Shown here piece after piece: positions 1 through 19,016 of a stretch of DNA of 64,000 bases. A program made the translations under genes and the position numbers. The notes under the pieces were generated by a model that saw nothing but the letters and a program-made list of their open reading frames with translations, searched no databases and was not told the origin of the DNA. Numbering within the stretch: the first letter of the stretch is position 1; every line of letters begins with the position of its first letter. Origin of the DNA: the human T2T-CHM13v2.0 reference genome, Homo sapiens; NCBI RefSeq assembly GCF_009914755.1, contig NC_060932.1. The stretch is one strand, 5' to 3'.

Positions 1-465
1 GCTGACTTTCTATTCTGTCATTTAAACTATTGGGAAGCATTTTGAAATTACTGATTTTTAAAAACGGTTTTAGAAAATTTTAAATATATGTTACATAATA
101 CATTTTAATATGTTATTAAGCAATATTCTTAAGTAAAGGATATTCACATACTGAAGAATGTAAATATGTCCTTTTTTTCTTTATAAATTCTATTTTAAAG
201 CCTTTGTTGCAATGAGGGTTGTTTAAGCTGTTAGCTTTTATGTTTCCTTTGTATCTTTCAGATATTATTTGATTTTTTTAACTGTTAATTTTATTTTAGT
301 ATTACCATTTTTCTTTCTCTTACTACTGTTCATCTGATCTTCAGATTCTAATCTCAACCTTCCCCTTCTGATTTTAATCTTTGGACTTTTTTTTTTTTTA
401 AAAATGAATTTATTAGCAAACTGTTCATTCTTTAACTGTTAAATTTTCTAAGCATTGGCTAATAG

Positions 466-639
<174 letters not shown>

Positions 640-837
640 TGAGATTTTAATAAACAAAACTTGCAAAGATTTTCTCCAGGATAAATACTAAATTCTAAAA
701 TGCCATACTGTTATCTAAAATATCTAATTTATATCAGATCAGATATCAGTAGTACAAAAGTTATTTCATTTCAAGGAAATAAACAGATGTATTAAGTATA
801 GTAGTTGACTTAATCTTTTATTTTATTAAATAATTAA

Positions 838-1270
<433 letters not shown>

Positions 1271-1967
1271 TAAGTCATTAATTTTAAATCAAAGAATGCT
1301 GAGATTTTAAAAACTGATTTACTAATATATTCATCTATTAGGCAGAGAATGCATCTTTCTAGATATTTGTAAGTTATTAGAAAATCAATAGATTTTTTCC
1401 AAATGATTTGATATTATTACAGATTGTAAATAAATAAAAATTAGATTTAAGATAATCACAGTTTACAATTATTTGCCCCATTTATGTACATAAGTAAATG
1501 GCATTTAACATAGTAGAACTGCCCAGACTATTCGCAAAGGAAGACACTTGAACATCCAGTGTTTATGAAGCAAACAGACTTACTCCCATACTGGGGGTAC
1601 CCTGGGCTGAGTCCTAGGGATGGAGCCTGAGATGAATGTGAGATACTTGCTCATGAGGGACTCACAGTTTCTTCTTTCCCTACCTCCCTCCCCTTCACAC
1701 TCACACTTAGATACCAGTGTCAGATTAATCTTATGGCCTGGTTAATCCTCCTTTGATATGACTTTTCACCTGCTATTCTTCTTTACTCAAAATCTGGTGG
1801 TAGCTTTTCTTTGCCTACAGAAATTATCTCAACTCTTGAACCTAACATTTAAGGTTTTATAATCTAATTCCAAACTCTTAAATAGATGCCCTCAAACATA
1901 TCTTCTTTTTAATCCTAATTATTCTTGACTCTTAAATAAGGCAGTGACGTAATGGATATAGCCTTTA

Positions 1968-2250
<283 letters not shown>

Positions 2251-3770
2251 GGATGATTGATGTGACATCACTGTTTAAGATACAATAATAGAGGATTAAA
2301 AAGAGTGGAAGCAGGGATATTTTACTAGTGTGGGTGACAGTGGAAATGGGTGGAAAGTGCTTTTTAAGGTTCAGCAGAAACAATATAGATATTAAATGTG
2401 AGAAACTGGTATCAGAGGTCCCAATATTGTGCACTCAAGTCAGGTAGCAGCAAGTTGAGGGTTCAGAGTCCCTGTTGAACGTAAAGGACCGTGTGGTATA
2501 TTGACCATGACAGCAGGTCATAATTTAAGTACCTCCTCTAATGCTTAGCAGTTCTTATCATGGTCTAAGGTAGAATTCAGCCAAAAAACAATCTTACAAT
2601 TGTATAGACTTTTATTGTTTTTGAGATACTTTTACATATAGTGTCTCATCAAACCTCAGATTTCTCTGAGAGAGGTTTTATTATCTCTGTTTAATAACAT
2701 ACAACTAATACACAGACTAACAGGCTTGCCCAGGGTGTCACAGCTAGCAAATTGTGAGGCCATTGCTTGAACCCAAGTCTCCAGACTTCAAGTGTAATAT
2801 CTATGGATATCAGACTTCTATTTATAGGATTCACTAGGAAGTCTTTACCTCTAGAAAAAGTATGGTAATGGGGGAAGCTTTAACTATTTTAGTTTCAACC
2901 TTCAGTTCTTCCACCCTGTCAACCCTCAATTTATCTGTGAATGGATTGCTTTCAGATGATGATTTTTTAATTTTTCTTTCAGCAGCCTCTTCAAAATCTC
3001 TTCTCCCACCTCAAACAAAACCTAATATGTAATTCTAAGAAAATGTAAAATAGATCAATGGTATTTATTATTACTGTCAACAATATAATGTCAGATAAAA
3101 AGTATCCAAAACTTTTGTTAAAAAAAATATTATGAAATGTTCAAATCTGTGCACAAAGATGGTAAGAAATTAGCCTGAGGTCTGTACAAGTAAGTTCCAC
3201 AGTTAGCTCAAGTTAATGCATCAGAAGTCTTCATGCTGTTAAAATTTGGTGAATATTAATAACACTTGTGAATGTTTGACATTTTTAACCACAGCTTTAA
3301 AAATAGTTAACAAATAAAATATTTTTAAGAACTCTGAAGCATTTTTGTGTTATGTAATTGGAAAACCATGACAGGAAGATAGCTTTCCCTGCTTTCCAGA
3401 CCAGAAACCTGTTGAACAACTGTCTAGCATTCCTGTTGGCACTGAGCTTTGGATCCATTAGGTGTATGATCCATTAATAGCTTAAAAATTGGTATTCTTT
3501 GATTTTGATGGAAAAGTGACCCCTGTGAATGTGATTTTTTTTTCCATGGAGTAGGAAGAAGGGGGAATTGAGTATTGAATATGAAATTTTGATGAATTAT
3601 AAATGATGTTTTCTTTAGGCATATTGGACTTGAAGAAGTGATTGCATGCAAATTGCTAACTAAAAGTACTAAATATTAGGCTTATGCATATTTAATAATG
3701 TTGTGAGAAAGAAGTGTTGGAAAAAGCCCTAGTATATAAAATCATAGGATGTGTTAGAAGATTAAAGTTC

Positions 3771-4021
<251 letters not shown>

Positions 4022-4916
4022 AGATTAAAGTTCTTGTAGCTCAAAAATTAATAGCACTAGATAGAGCAACCTTGAAGCTAGAGGAAGTACAGACAAGAAA
4101 AACAAAAATATGCTGAGTAGTATGATCCATACCTAAGGATAACTAAAATCTGTTGATAACTTTAAACCAGAGACATGAATACCTGGTTCCCATGCTGCTG
4201 TTCTTCCCTGCCTCATTCATCGGGCGTGTGGACTATCTATCTCTTAGGGCCTTCTTTCCTTCAAATCTTAGGCTCTAGAGTACTCAACGCTGCAGACTCC
4301 AGGTAGCATTCAAGATGAAACTTAATTGTGAGTCCTTGTGACCTAAATCCTCCTCCACCTAATAGTTTTAGTTCTTTCTCCATTAACCTCTATAGTTAGG
4401 AAATAACAAAGGGCATTTGGGAGAAATGGCTCTTGCATTAAAAAATGATTGAATACTAAAATACTAATTTCACTGTTATTTTAGAATAATCAATTCCAAG
4501 AATTTTGACACATAATAGCAGCAATCACTATAGAATAATATAATCATGAATTAGTTGCTTAGAACCTTCTATATAGGAGGACTTTTATGTTCCTTACATT
4601 GTTTCACTTTAATTCTTTAAGCACTCCTTTGAGATGTAGGCGTTAATAACTGTGTTTACCAGAAAAAAGAGAAAACTGAGGACAAGCAAGTTTCTTAAGG
4701 TCACACGGTCTGTTTGGTGGAACTGGAATTTAACTCAAAGCTTTTAACAGTACAGTAAATCATGTAGCCTCCCTGAAAATACAGGAGACTGAAAAATTTA
4801 GGAACATGCAAAAAGAGGGTACAAGTGTTGAGTTTATATACTATCAGGAAAAAAATAAGTGATATTCTAACTTTTCAATAGTTTTACAAGATAAATAACT
4901 AAGTTTAATTCTTTAG

Positions 4917-5099
<183 letters not shown>

Positions 5100-5388
5100 T
5101 AGTCTGAAGGTGAAATCTTTGACTTGAAAAGGTATTTCTTACTTATAAAGGAGAACAGTGTTGGAGTACATTTAGAAAATATCAGATCAATATACATTCT
5201 TTGGATATTATTTTATTAAGGTGAAAGGGTAATTTAAGAAAGGAGATAAGTGATGACTTTAAAAATATAGATGTAGGCTGACTGAAGACTTTATAAAAGA
5301 TGCCTAATATTTTATTTTTAAGCAGACAACTTATGTTAAAGAACACCATATCATGTCATCTATATCTTTATCTCATTTTATCAGATAA

Positions 5389-5640
<252 letters not shown>

Positions 5641-5977
5641 TAGTTTAACTCACTTTCACTGTGAGAGTTGTACAGTTGTTAGAAAAGGGGAGAAAGAGGA
5701 GGAGGTGCTTTTGTTCCTGTTCTGTCTTACTGTTTAGTCTGGGCACAATGTACTGAACTTTCTGTAGGAGGTACTGTCACTGTGCTTTGTTGGTATTTTC
5801 TGTCCATTGAAGGTAATGGATTTACTTACTTGAGCCATTCTTAGTCTCATTCCCATGGTGTATGCGGTGCCACCCAAGAATATGGTCTGCAGACAGTACA
5901 ACATGAACTGTTTGTTATGGTTCATGACAAGACTAATACAGAAAGTGAGAGTGGTTTATATATATATATATATGTAT

Positions 5978-5978
<1 letters not shown>

Positions 5979-6008
<30 letters not shown>

Positions 6009-6291
6009 GAGACATAATCTCGCTCTGTTGCCCAGGCTCTGGAGTGCAGTGGCACAATTTTGGCTCACTGCACCTCCACTTCCTGGGTTCAAGCAGTTCT
6101 CCTGCCTCAGCCTCTCAAGTAGCTGGGACTACAGGCACACGCCATCATGCCCAGCTAATTTTTGTATTTTTAGCAGAGACGGGGTTTCACCATGTTGGCC
6201 AGACTGGTCTCAAACTCCTGACCTCAGATGATCCACCCACCTCTGCCTCCCAGAGTGCTGAGATTACAGGAGTGAGCCACCACGCCCGGCC
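5979..6291 (-). mobile_element. Alu
   Basis: Alu consensus in reverse with long poly(T). Confidence 0.92.
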
Positions 6292-6292
6292 T

Positions 6293-6384
<92 letters not shown>

Positions 6385-6512
6385 TCCTTTCCTTCCTTCC
6401 TTCCTTCCTTCCTTCCTTCCTTCTTTCTTTTCTTTTCTTTTCTTTTCTTTTCTTTTCTTTTCTTTTCTTTTCTTTTCTTTTCTTTTCTTTTTCTTTTTCT
6501 TTTTCTTTCTTT
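6292..6512. repeat. Compound polypyrimidine microsatellite (TTTC)n(TTCC)n(TTTTC)n
   Basis: About 220 bp of C/T only; expanded tail of the Alu monomer at 6520-6637. Confidence 0.95.
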
Positions 6513-6519
6513 TTGTTTT

Positions 6520-6936
6520 AAGAGACCAGGTCTTGCTATGTTGCCCAGGCTGATCTCAAATTTTTGGGCTCAAGTTATCCTCCTGCCTCAGCCTCCCAAA
6601 GTGGTGGGATTGCAGGTGTGAGCCACCACACCCTGCCTCACAGATAATTTTTTATTGTAAAATTCATCATTTAAGAATTTAAGGTCGAGGCAGGCGGATC
6701 ACTTGAGGCCAGGAGATCGAGACCAGCCTGGGCAACATGGTGAAACCCCGTCTCTATAACAAATACAAAAATTAGCTGGGCGTGGTGGCAGGCACCTGTA
6801 GTCCCAGCTACTCAGGAGGCTGAGGCAAGAGAATCGCCTGAACTTGGGAGGCGGAGGTTGCAGTGAGCCGTGACTGCACTGTGGCACTCCAGCCTGGGTG
6901 ACAGAGCGAGACTCCATCTCAAAAAAAAAAAAAAAA
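6520..6936. mobile_element. Alu monomer (-, 6520-6637) and 5'-truncated Alu (+, 6684-6936)
   Basis: Alu consensus segments. Confidence 0.88.
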
Positions 6937-7269
6937 GAATTAAACAGAATTGTTAGTTTCCCATAATTATATTTCTTGTAATTTCTTATGTTTTTTAAAA
7001 ATGCTATTTTTTAAGGAATATATACTTTTATGATATTATAATTTAATTGTAAAGTACCATAAAGTTTTAAATCAGCTTTATCCCATTTAATGCATTTGCC
7101 TTTCTGAAATTAACATTGCTATCATTTTCTTTCATTTATGTATGTCTGATATATATATATATTTTTGTCTATTCCTTCAGTTTTACCTTTGTGTCACCAT
7201 ATTTTTTATTTAGTTAGCTTCTATCTTTAGTTTGTTGAATTTTTAAAATCCTAATCTGAGTTATAATCT

Positions 7270-7574
<305 letters not shown>

Positions 7575-8257
7575 AATCTTTTAAAATAGGGATATCTAAA
7601 TCCATTTATGTTTATCAAAACTAATGTCTTTGCATTAATTGCATTTCTGACTTTTTTGTGTTTTTCTTCCTTGATAGCTTTTTGGTCTTTTGTTATGTGT
7701 ACTATGGCTTGTTTGCTCCATCCTCTACAGGGATTTAGAATGTCTATGTTGTATTTACAATGAAGTTTTTGGACTATAAGGTTTAATACACTATAAACTG
7801 AAATATAGAACCCCATCGTGATCTTGAAAAGTCCCTCATCCATGATGCTGTTAGTGATTAGATCTAGATTTTCGAGGTTGATTTGTATTGCTTTCCAGAA
7901 GGATTTTGTTATTTAATTTTTTTGTATTGTCATGGTACCTTTTTATTATTAAAGATGATTCTTTAGTTTTGTTATATTTTTTCTTTTTTGTTGCTTTACT
8001 TGTGTTTGTTGATTTTTTAAATCCTAATCTGACAGTCATACTGTTTTAATAAAGATGTCTAAATCCATTTATGTTTATCATAACCAACATGTTTGATCTT
8101 ATGTAATTGAATTTCTGACTTTTGTAGAAAGCATTTTATTAAATAAAAGCAATAACAATCTAAACTTCTTAGATGACTTTCTTAACTATAAGGGGTGTGT
8201 GTGTGTGTATATATGTGTGTGAGTGTGATGAAGCAAATATGCTCTTAAATTTTTTAA

Positions 8258-8401
<144 letters not shown>

Positions 8402-8689
8402 TAGCTCAGTTATTTTGGATTGGGGGATCGAATGAAATTTTCTTTTTCATTATATTTGGATAGGTTAAATTTTTTCAGATCTGAAATATAGGTGATATCT
8501 ACAGTAATTTGCCTGCTGCTTCGATTGTAACTGATAGTGCTTGGTGCCCTAAAGTTTCTTTTGACAAACCATAATTTAGCCCCTCAAGCTAGGTAGCTGT
8601 AGATATGCTCATTGAGTCTGTTATACTTTAGATTGAACTACAAGGAAAAGAGAACATGGAAAATGTTCTAAGATTGATCCTCAAGGTGA

Positions 8690-10100
8690 TGCTTGAAGAA
8701 TATGCAGGAATTTGCCTTGAAGAGGAGGGTGAGGGATTATCAGCTTGTGGAAAGTCGTGGAGAGCAATGTAAGCTCATGGCACATGTGGAGAATCTTCCA
8801 TGGTGTGGTCTGGCCTGATGATGCTTGTGCATTAAGGCAGCAGAGGAGGTGGAGGTCAGAACATGTGTGGCATGCTGTACGGAGTGCTAAGAGCTTTGAT
8901 TTTGTTCCATAGGCTGGTAGATTCCAGACAGGCTAATTAGCAGAAGGTAAAGAAATGTGTCAGAAGAACATGTTTCTGAATTCCACCCTTTGAGATTCTG
9001 ATTTAGTAGGTCTGTGGTAGATAATGCATAGGAATTCATTGTAATATTTAAGTAGGGGAATGACATGGCCACTTTTGTATAATGTTTTTTTAGGCAATGG
9101 TGTGGAGATAAGTTTTGGAGGTGGGGCAAGACTAAACATGGAGATAAGATGCTTTTGCACAAGTCCAGATGTGAGACTGAGGACCCAAACAAAGGCAGTG
9201 ACACCAAGAACTGTGAAGGTGTGACAGCTTTATGATACATTTAAGAGACATAGTAGTACTATTTGTTGAGTGTGTGGTGGGTAGGAGTCTATGATAACTT
9301 TCAAGTTTTTGGTGAGGGTTACATAGAGTAGGCAGTTGAAAATATGAATTGTGGCAGCAGAATGAGTTCTGGACTCGATTTGTAGTTCTGGACGCCATCA
9401 ACATATTGGTGCTTGTTAAATTAGTGCCATTGTCTACGATGAGTGTCTACAAGAGAAGTAAAGGAGGCTGAGAATAGAATACTGGGAAATTACCAACATT
9501 TGAGAAGCAGTGAAAGGAATGGACAGAGGGTGAGAGAGGATGGCAGTGACGGCAGTTGCGACTGGCCAAGTAAAATGCCCACTGAATGTGTCACTTGGGG
9601 GTCACTTGATGACTTTGGTGAAGGCAGTATTGTTGGAGTGATGGGTGTGAAAGCAAAGGCCATAGCTGTGTGTTGAGAAGTGAATGAGAGTAGGCAGTAG
9701 ACCCAAAAGTACTGCATTTACTGTTCTTTAAGGAAGCTCAGCTGTGAAGGGAAGGACAGAATGGACAGGAGACAGTGAGCAATGAAGGATGAGGTAAAAT
9801 TTTTTTTTAAGAAAGGGAGAGGTTTTTACACATAGGCTGAGAGGAAGGTGCTTGGAGAGAGGAAGTTGGAAAAAAGAATAATCGGAGGAGAATGGGAGTC
9901 AATTATCAGATACAGAGTACAGGTGAAGGGATTCTGTTTGGGTAGAGGCAAGGACACTTCCATCGTGATGAGAAGGAAGAATAGATTTACATGGTAGATA
10001 CACTCTAGAATAGATATAAAAGGTGGATATACTCTACCTTGGGTAGAGTATAGCTGGGTAAGTTTTGGAGGTAGGATAGTGTGGAGTTTGGTTTCCTTTA
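8690..10100 (+). mobile_element. Highly decayed L2-like fragments
   Basis: GA-rich L2-like motifs such as GTCACTTGATGACTTTGG and AGCTGTGAAGGGAAGGA; weak similarity, strand refers to the GA-rich side. Confidence 0.45.
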
Positions 10101-10145
10101 CATATAAATACTTCAAAAAATTACTCCCTTCAAGCTTCTGTGTAG

Positions 10146-10268
<123 letters not shown>

Positions 10269-10846
10269 TAAACCTGTTACCTAGAGTATTTCTCTTTTTA
10301 ACTTTTCATTTTGAAATAATTATAAACTCATAGAAAATTGCAGAAACAGTATAGAGCGGTTAGGTGCTGTGTACCCATTCTCCAACTTTCCCCTGGGGTA
10401 ACATCTTAGATAGTATAGTCTCATAGCCAGGAAGTGGACATTGATGTGGTCCACAGACCATCAGATTTTACCAGTTTTTACATGCATTTATGTATGTGTA
10501 TTTCTGTGCATTTTTATCATGCACAGTTTGTGCGACTACCACTGCAATCAAGATACAGAACTGTTCCATCACCGTAAAGGAACTTCCTTGGGCCTCTCCT
10601 TTATAGTTGCACTCCCCCAAGAATATCGCTTCTGAAATTCCTATATTATAAAAAATGTACTTGTGGGTCCTAATGACGTTCACAATTATGATCCATGTAT
10701 GTGTGTATATATAAAATGTTAAAATATCTTTCATAAAATTGTCTCTCTGAGCAGTTTCACTTTATTATTAGTCAGGTTGTGTTTTAATGTTTAGTCTTTT
10801 GTTCTTATTCCTGTCTTGTGTTTTACTTATCAATGGGAATTTGCAG

Positions 10847-10964
10847 AGGAGAAAAAAAATGTAATTATGGAATTATCAGAAATGAGAAAACAGCTTCGTA
10901 GTGAAGAGAGGCGTCTACAAGAGCGATTGCTACACATGGACAGTGATGATGAAATTCCTATCAG
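10847..10964 (+). CDS. CSPP1: CSPP1 coding exon with GC donor ([40 protein letters not shown])
   Basis: ttgcAG acceptor; donor CAG|GCAAGT; the GC donor, not the nearby GT, keeps frame with exon 18872. Confidence 0.88.
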
Positions 10965-11409
10965 GCAAGTTTAGAATTGCAGTTTTTGTGTTCGCTTGAG
11001 TTCTTTTATCTTACTTCACCTATCCAGTAATTTTGTAGTTTGGGAACAGGACTAATTCATCTTACTTAAAATCTCCTTACTTTCCTTTTCTTTGTCTTTT
11101 ACAAAATCAGCTGTAGAAATTTAGTTCTCAAGGGGATTCATGTAGGAATGGAAATTTCCGGGTTGGAATAATTACAGACAGTAGTTGCATTTTAGAACTG
11201 TTTTTTATATTTTCCATTAATAACGTAGCTTTCTGAAATACTTTTTTTCAACAAAATCACGTACGGGCTACCGAACATTTCTGATCATTTTTGCCAGGAG
11301 TCATAAATTTCATGAAGCAGTGTTCTTCAAACTTCAGTTTGCACTGTTTTAGTAGGTTGTAAAATCAACATAGTGGGTAACTACCACATTTTCTTTCTTT
11401 CTCTTTTTA

Positions 11410-12850
<1,441 letters not shown>

Positions 12851-13189
12851 GTCTGACTGTAATCCAGTATGTGGTAGGATTTTAACATAGCACGTTAATT
12901 TGACTACTTATGGTTTGTTTAGATTTTTGTTTGTATTCTCCAGGAATATTGAAACAAGGTAAACAAGGTGAGGAAATTTCAAGGTACAGATTGGCTTGAT
13001 AATGAAATGTTAATCCAAGGTGGTAATTTTCAGTGATTCAATAATTCTCCCATAGTAGGTCAATACGTTCCAAGCAATTGAGAGGTAGTGTTTTTTTTCT
13101 ATATTTACTTTTACAGTGTTATAAATGCCTTAACTGTGCAGCTTTCCAACTTCTAAACATGCATATTTAATTCAGTTTAACGGTTTTTT

Positions 13190-14815
13190 TTTTTTTTTAA
13201 TTGATCATTCTTGGGTGTTTCTCGCAGAGGGGGATTTTGTAGGGTCATAGGACAATAGTGGAGGGAAGGTCAGCAGATAAACAAGTGAACACAGGTCTCT
13301 GGTTTTCCTAGGCAGAGGACCCTGCGGCCTTCCGCAGTGTTTGTGTCCCTGGGTACTTGAGATTAGGGAGTGGTGATGACTCTTAACCAGCATGCTGCCT
13401 TCAAGCATCTGTTTAACAAAGCACATCTTGCACCGCCCTTAATCCATTTAACCCTGAGTGGACACAGCACATGTTTCAGAGAGCACCGGGTTGGGGGTAA
13501 GGTCATAGATCAACAGCATCCCAAGGCAGAAGAATTTTTCTTAGTACAGAACAAAATGGAGTCTCCTATGTCTACTTCTTTCTACACAGACACAGCAACA
13601 ATCTGATTTCTGTATCTTTTCCCCACATTTCCCCCTTTTCTATTTGACAAAACCGCAATCATCATCATGGCCCGTTCTCAATGAGCTGTTGGGTACACCT
13701 CCCAGACGGGGTGGCGGCTGGGCAGAGGGGCTCCTCACTTCCCAGAAGGGGCGGCCGGGCAGAGGCACCCCCACCTCCCGGATGGGGCGGCGGCTGGGCG
13801 GAGGCTGCCCCCCACCTCCCACCCGGACGGGGCAGCTGGCCGGGCGGGGGCTGCCCCCCACCTCCCTCCTGGACGGGGCGGCTGGCCGGGCGGGGGCTGC
13901 CCCCCACCTCCCGGATGGGGCGGCTGCTGGGCGGAGGGGCTCCTCACTTCCCAGACGGGGCAGCTGCCGGGCGGAGGGGCTCCTCACTTCTCAGACGGGG
14001 CGGCTGCTGGGCGGAGGGGCTCCTCACTTCTCAGACGGGGCAGCTGCCGGGCGGAGGGGCTCCTCACTTCTCAGACAGGGCGGCCGGGCAGAGACGCTCC
14101 TCACCTCCCAGACAGGGTTGCGGCCGGGCAGAGGCGCTCCTCACATCCCAGATGGGGTGGCGGGGCAGAGGCGCTCCCCACATCTCAGACGATGGGCAGC
14201 CGGGCAGAGACGCTCCTCACTTCCTAAACGGGATGGCGGCTGGGAAGAGGTGCTCCTCACTTCCCAGACTGGGCAGCCGGGCAGAGGGGCTCCTCACATC
14301 CCAGACGATGGGTGGCCAGGCAGAGATGCTCCTCACTTCCCAGACGGGGTGGCGGCCGGGCAGAGGCTGCAATCTTGGCACTTTGGGAGGCCAAGGCAGG
14401 CGGCTGGGAGGTGGAGGTTGTAGCCAGCCGAGATCACGCCACTGCATTCCAGCCTGGGCAACATTGAGCACTGAGTGAACGAGACTCCGTCTGCAATCCC
14501 GGCACCTCGGGAGGCCGAGGCTGGCAGATCACTCGTGGTTAGGAGCTGGAGACCAGCCTGGCCAACACAGCGAAACCCCGTTTCCACCAAAAAAGTACGA
14601 AAACTAGTCAGGCGTGGTGGCGCGCGCCTATAATCGCAGGCACTTGGCAGGCTGAGGCAGGAGAATCAGGCAGGGAGGTTGCAGTGAGCCGAGATGGCAG
14701 CAGTACAGTCCAGCTTCGGCTCGGCATCAGAGGGAGACCGTGGAAAGAGAGGGAGAGGGAGGCCGTGGGGGAGACGGGAGAGGGGGAGGGGGAGGGGGAG
14801 AGGGAGAGGGAGACC
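13190..14815 (-). mobile_element. SVA retrotransposon, near full length, antisense in a CSPP1 intron
   Basis: On the minus strand: (CCCTCT)n hexamers about 14780-14813, Alu-like region, GC-rich VNTR about 13700-14370, SINE-R, poly(A); TSD TAACGGTTTTTT at 13178-13189 and 14816-14827. Confidence 0.96.
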
Positions 14816-15899
14816 TAACGGTTTTTTGACATTAATTTTTCTTTTCATTAATAAATTCTTTTGGCAAGCCAATATGATTTAAGAAAGAGTACTCGAGCAG
14901 CGCCTCAATTTTCTCGCTTGAAAATTATACATGATAATTTCTACCCTTTGAGAATCTAGTGAAGAATAAATAAATGTATGTATTTGAAATAAATAAATAA
15001 ATATATGTATTTGTGACTCTTAAGTTCTAACTTAAGTTATAAAACATGTTACATTTATCATCATTTAGCAAGAATTGGTTAAATACATTTACTTTGGAAT
15101 AATTTTAATACATATTCTGATTAAAGACATCTCAGAGTTGGTTCTTTATTGCAATTTCATGAATATATGTACAAAAGGAATCTTGTATTCACTAAATAAT
15201 TTGCCATATTCAACTCCTATTATGTGCTAGGCTCAAAACAAATGTGATGTGGCTCACATGTGAAGATTTAGTAACCTACTTCCTAACTTATCAGTGTATA
15301 ACTATTAGCATTAATGGAAACTAGACAGCAGTCCAATTTAATGGTCTCTTGGATGTCTTTTTAGTATTTTGCATTATAGTAAATCTCCATAGAGTTCCTT
15401 TCACCTTAAGTATTAGAGGTCTCTGTCAGCCTTGACCAGAGTCATTTTGTGGCCCCAGTGAATGCTCCCCTGCAAAAGGGAAACTCCATTAGAGCAGGGG
15501 CATTGTCTGTGGGGATCCCAGCTATCTTGTCTTGGTGCTTAGGGAAGATTTAATGATAAAGAAATGATGGGAGGAGTCTGACTAAGCCTCATAATGACCA
15601 TAGCTTAGAGCTCCATTTTCAAAAATAGAGGAGACCTAGTGCTGACTGAAGCAGCAGTAGGTATTTTATTTTATTTTATTTTATTTTCAGGACTAGAAAC
15701 ACCATCCCTCTTTTATCATCACTCCCTCAAAGCCCTGGCAGAAAACACCCTTACTACCTGCTATCTATTAATTTCTTAGGTACCACAGGAATCAGTTAAC
15801 TAGTTAGGTTATCAAGTTCCTTGTAAAGTCCATTGTAAAGTTAATGTTGGGTCCTCTGAATAATGCCCATATTGAACTACGTATTAGTACCATATTTCT

Positions 15900-16497
15900 G
15901 TTTTTATTTTTATTTTTTTGAGACGGAGTCTCGCTCTGTCACCCAGGCTGGAGGCATGATCTTCGGCTCACTGCAACCTCTGCCTCCCGGGTTCAAGTGT
16001 TTCTCCTGCCTCAGCCTCCTGAGTAGCTGGGATTACAAGTGCCCACCCCCACGCACGGCTAATTTTTGTATTTTTAGTAGAGACAGGGTTTCACCATGTT
16101 GGTCAGGCTGGTCTCAAATTCTTGACCTCAGGTGATCCACCCGCCTCGGCCTCCCAAAGTGCTGGGATTACAGGTGTGAGCCACCGTGCCCGGCCAGTAC
16201 CATATTTCTTTTTATATTTTTGGAGACAGAGTCTCTTTCTGTCACCTAGGCTGGAGTGCAGTGGCATGATCTTGGCTCACAGCAACCTCCGCCTCCTGAT
16301 TCAAGTGATTCTAGTGCCTCAGCCTCCCAAGTAGGTGGGACTACAGGTGCAGGCTACCACACCTGCTAATTTTTGCATTTTTTAGTAGAGACGTGGTTTT
16401 TCCATATTGCCCAGGCTGGTCTCGAACTCCTGAGTTCAAGCAATACGTCGGCTTCTCAAAGTGCTGGGATTATAGGCGTGAGCCACAGGGCCCTGCC
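15900..16497 (-). mobile_element. Two tandem Alus
   Basis: Two reverse Alus separated and flanked by TACCATATTTCT. Confidence 0.92.
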
Positions 16498-16617
16498 TAT
16501 TACCATATTTCTATGTGTGATTTGTGTCTTAGGCTGAGGGGAAGGTAATTTATTGATTATCTAATGCATGTCAGGTACTATACTAGGTACTTAACAGTAT
16601 AGCATTTATCTCAATTC

Positions 16618-16918
16618 TGACCGGATATGGTGGCTCACCCCTGTAATCCCAGCACTTTGGGAGACTGAGGCGGATGGATCACCTGAGGTCAGGAGTTCGA
16701 GACCAGCCTGACCAACGTGGCAAAATCCTGTCTCTACTAAAAATACAAAAAAAAAAAAAAAAATTAGCCGAGTGTGGTGGTGCGTGCCTGTAGTCCCAGC
16801 TACTTGGGAGGCTGAGGCAGGAGAATTGCTTGAACTGGGAAGTGGAGGTTGCAGTGAGCTGAGATTGTGCCACTGCATTCCAGCCTGGGCAACAGAGCAG
16901 GACTCTTTCAAAAAAAAA
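16618..16918 (+). mobile_element. Alu
   Basis: Alu consensus. Confidence 0.92.
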
Positions 16919-17239
16919 TTTTTTTATCTTAATTCTGTTGTTCACCGTAAGACTATAAGGGGTAGACATCTGCATTTTACAGATGATGGAATCGAGGTCA
17001 AACTGCTAATAAATAACAGAGCTGGTCTTTGAATCTCAGTTTCTCTGACCTCAAAGACTGTGATCTTCATACTCCATGAACATTTTATTTTATTTTTTCC
17101 ATGAACATTTTAAAGTAAGGCTGAATCATTCTATTGTAATAAGGTATCTTGCATCTGAGGATTTTGAAAAATTTCAATAACGTTATAAATATGCTATATT
17201 TTAAGGTAAAGGATGGAACTAATAGAGCTGTTCGAATAA

Positions 17240-18750
<1,511 letters not shown>

Positions 18751-18839
18751 AGAGTAATTTTTTAATAATATGATGTGGTGAAAAAGACCAAATTTCTTTT
18801 ACAGTGAATTAGATGTGAACTCACCTATTTTTCCTGTGA

Positions 18840-19016
<177 letters not shown>

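Noticed and set aside
6044-6553. 169-aa ORF with F/S/L-rich tail
   Set aside because: Antisense Alu plus microsatellite read-through.
13700-14370. Roughly 35-50 bp tandem units resembling a CRISPR-like array
   Set aside because: No unique spacers; this is the SVA VNTR in a eukaryotic intron.
13640-14478. Long ORFs of 259 and 265 aa with repeated peptides
   Set aside because: They lie within the GC-rich SVA VNTR, which lacks stop codons by composition; not genes.
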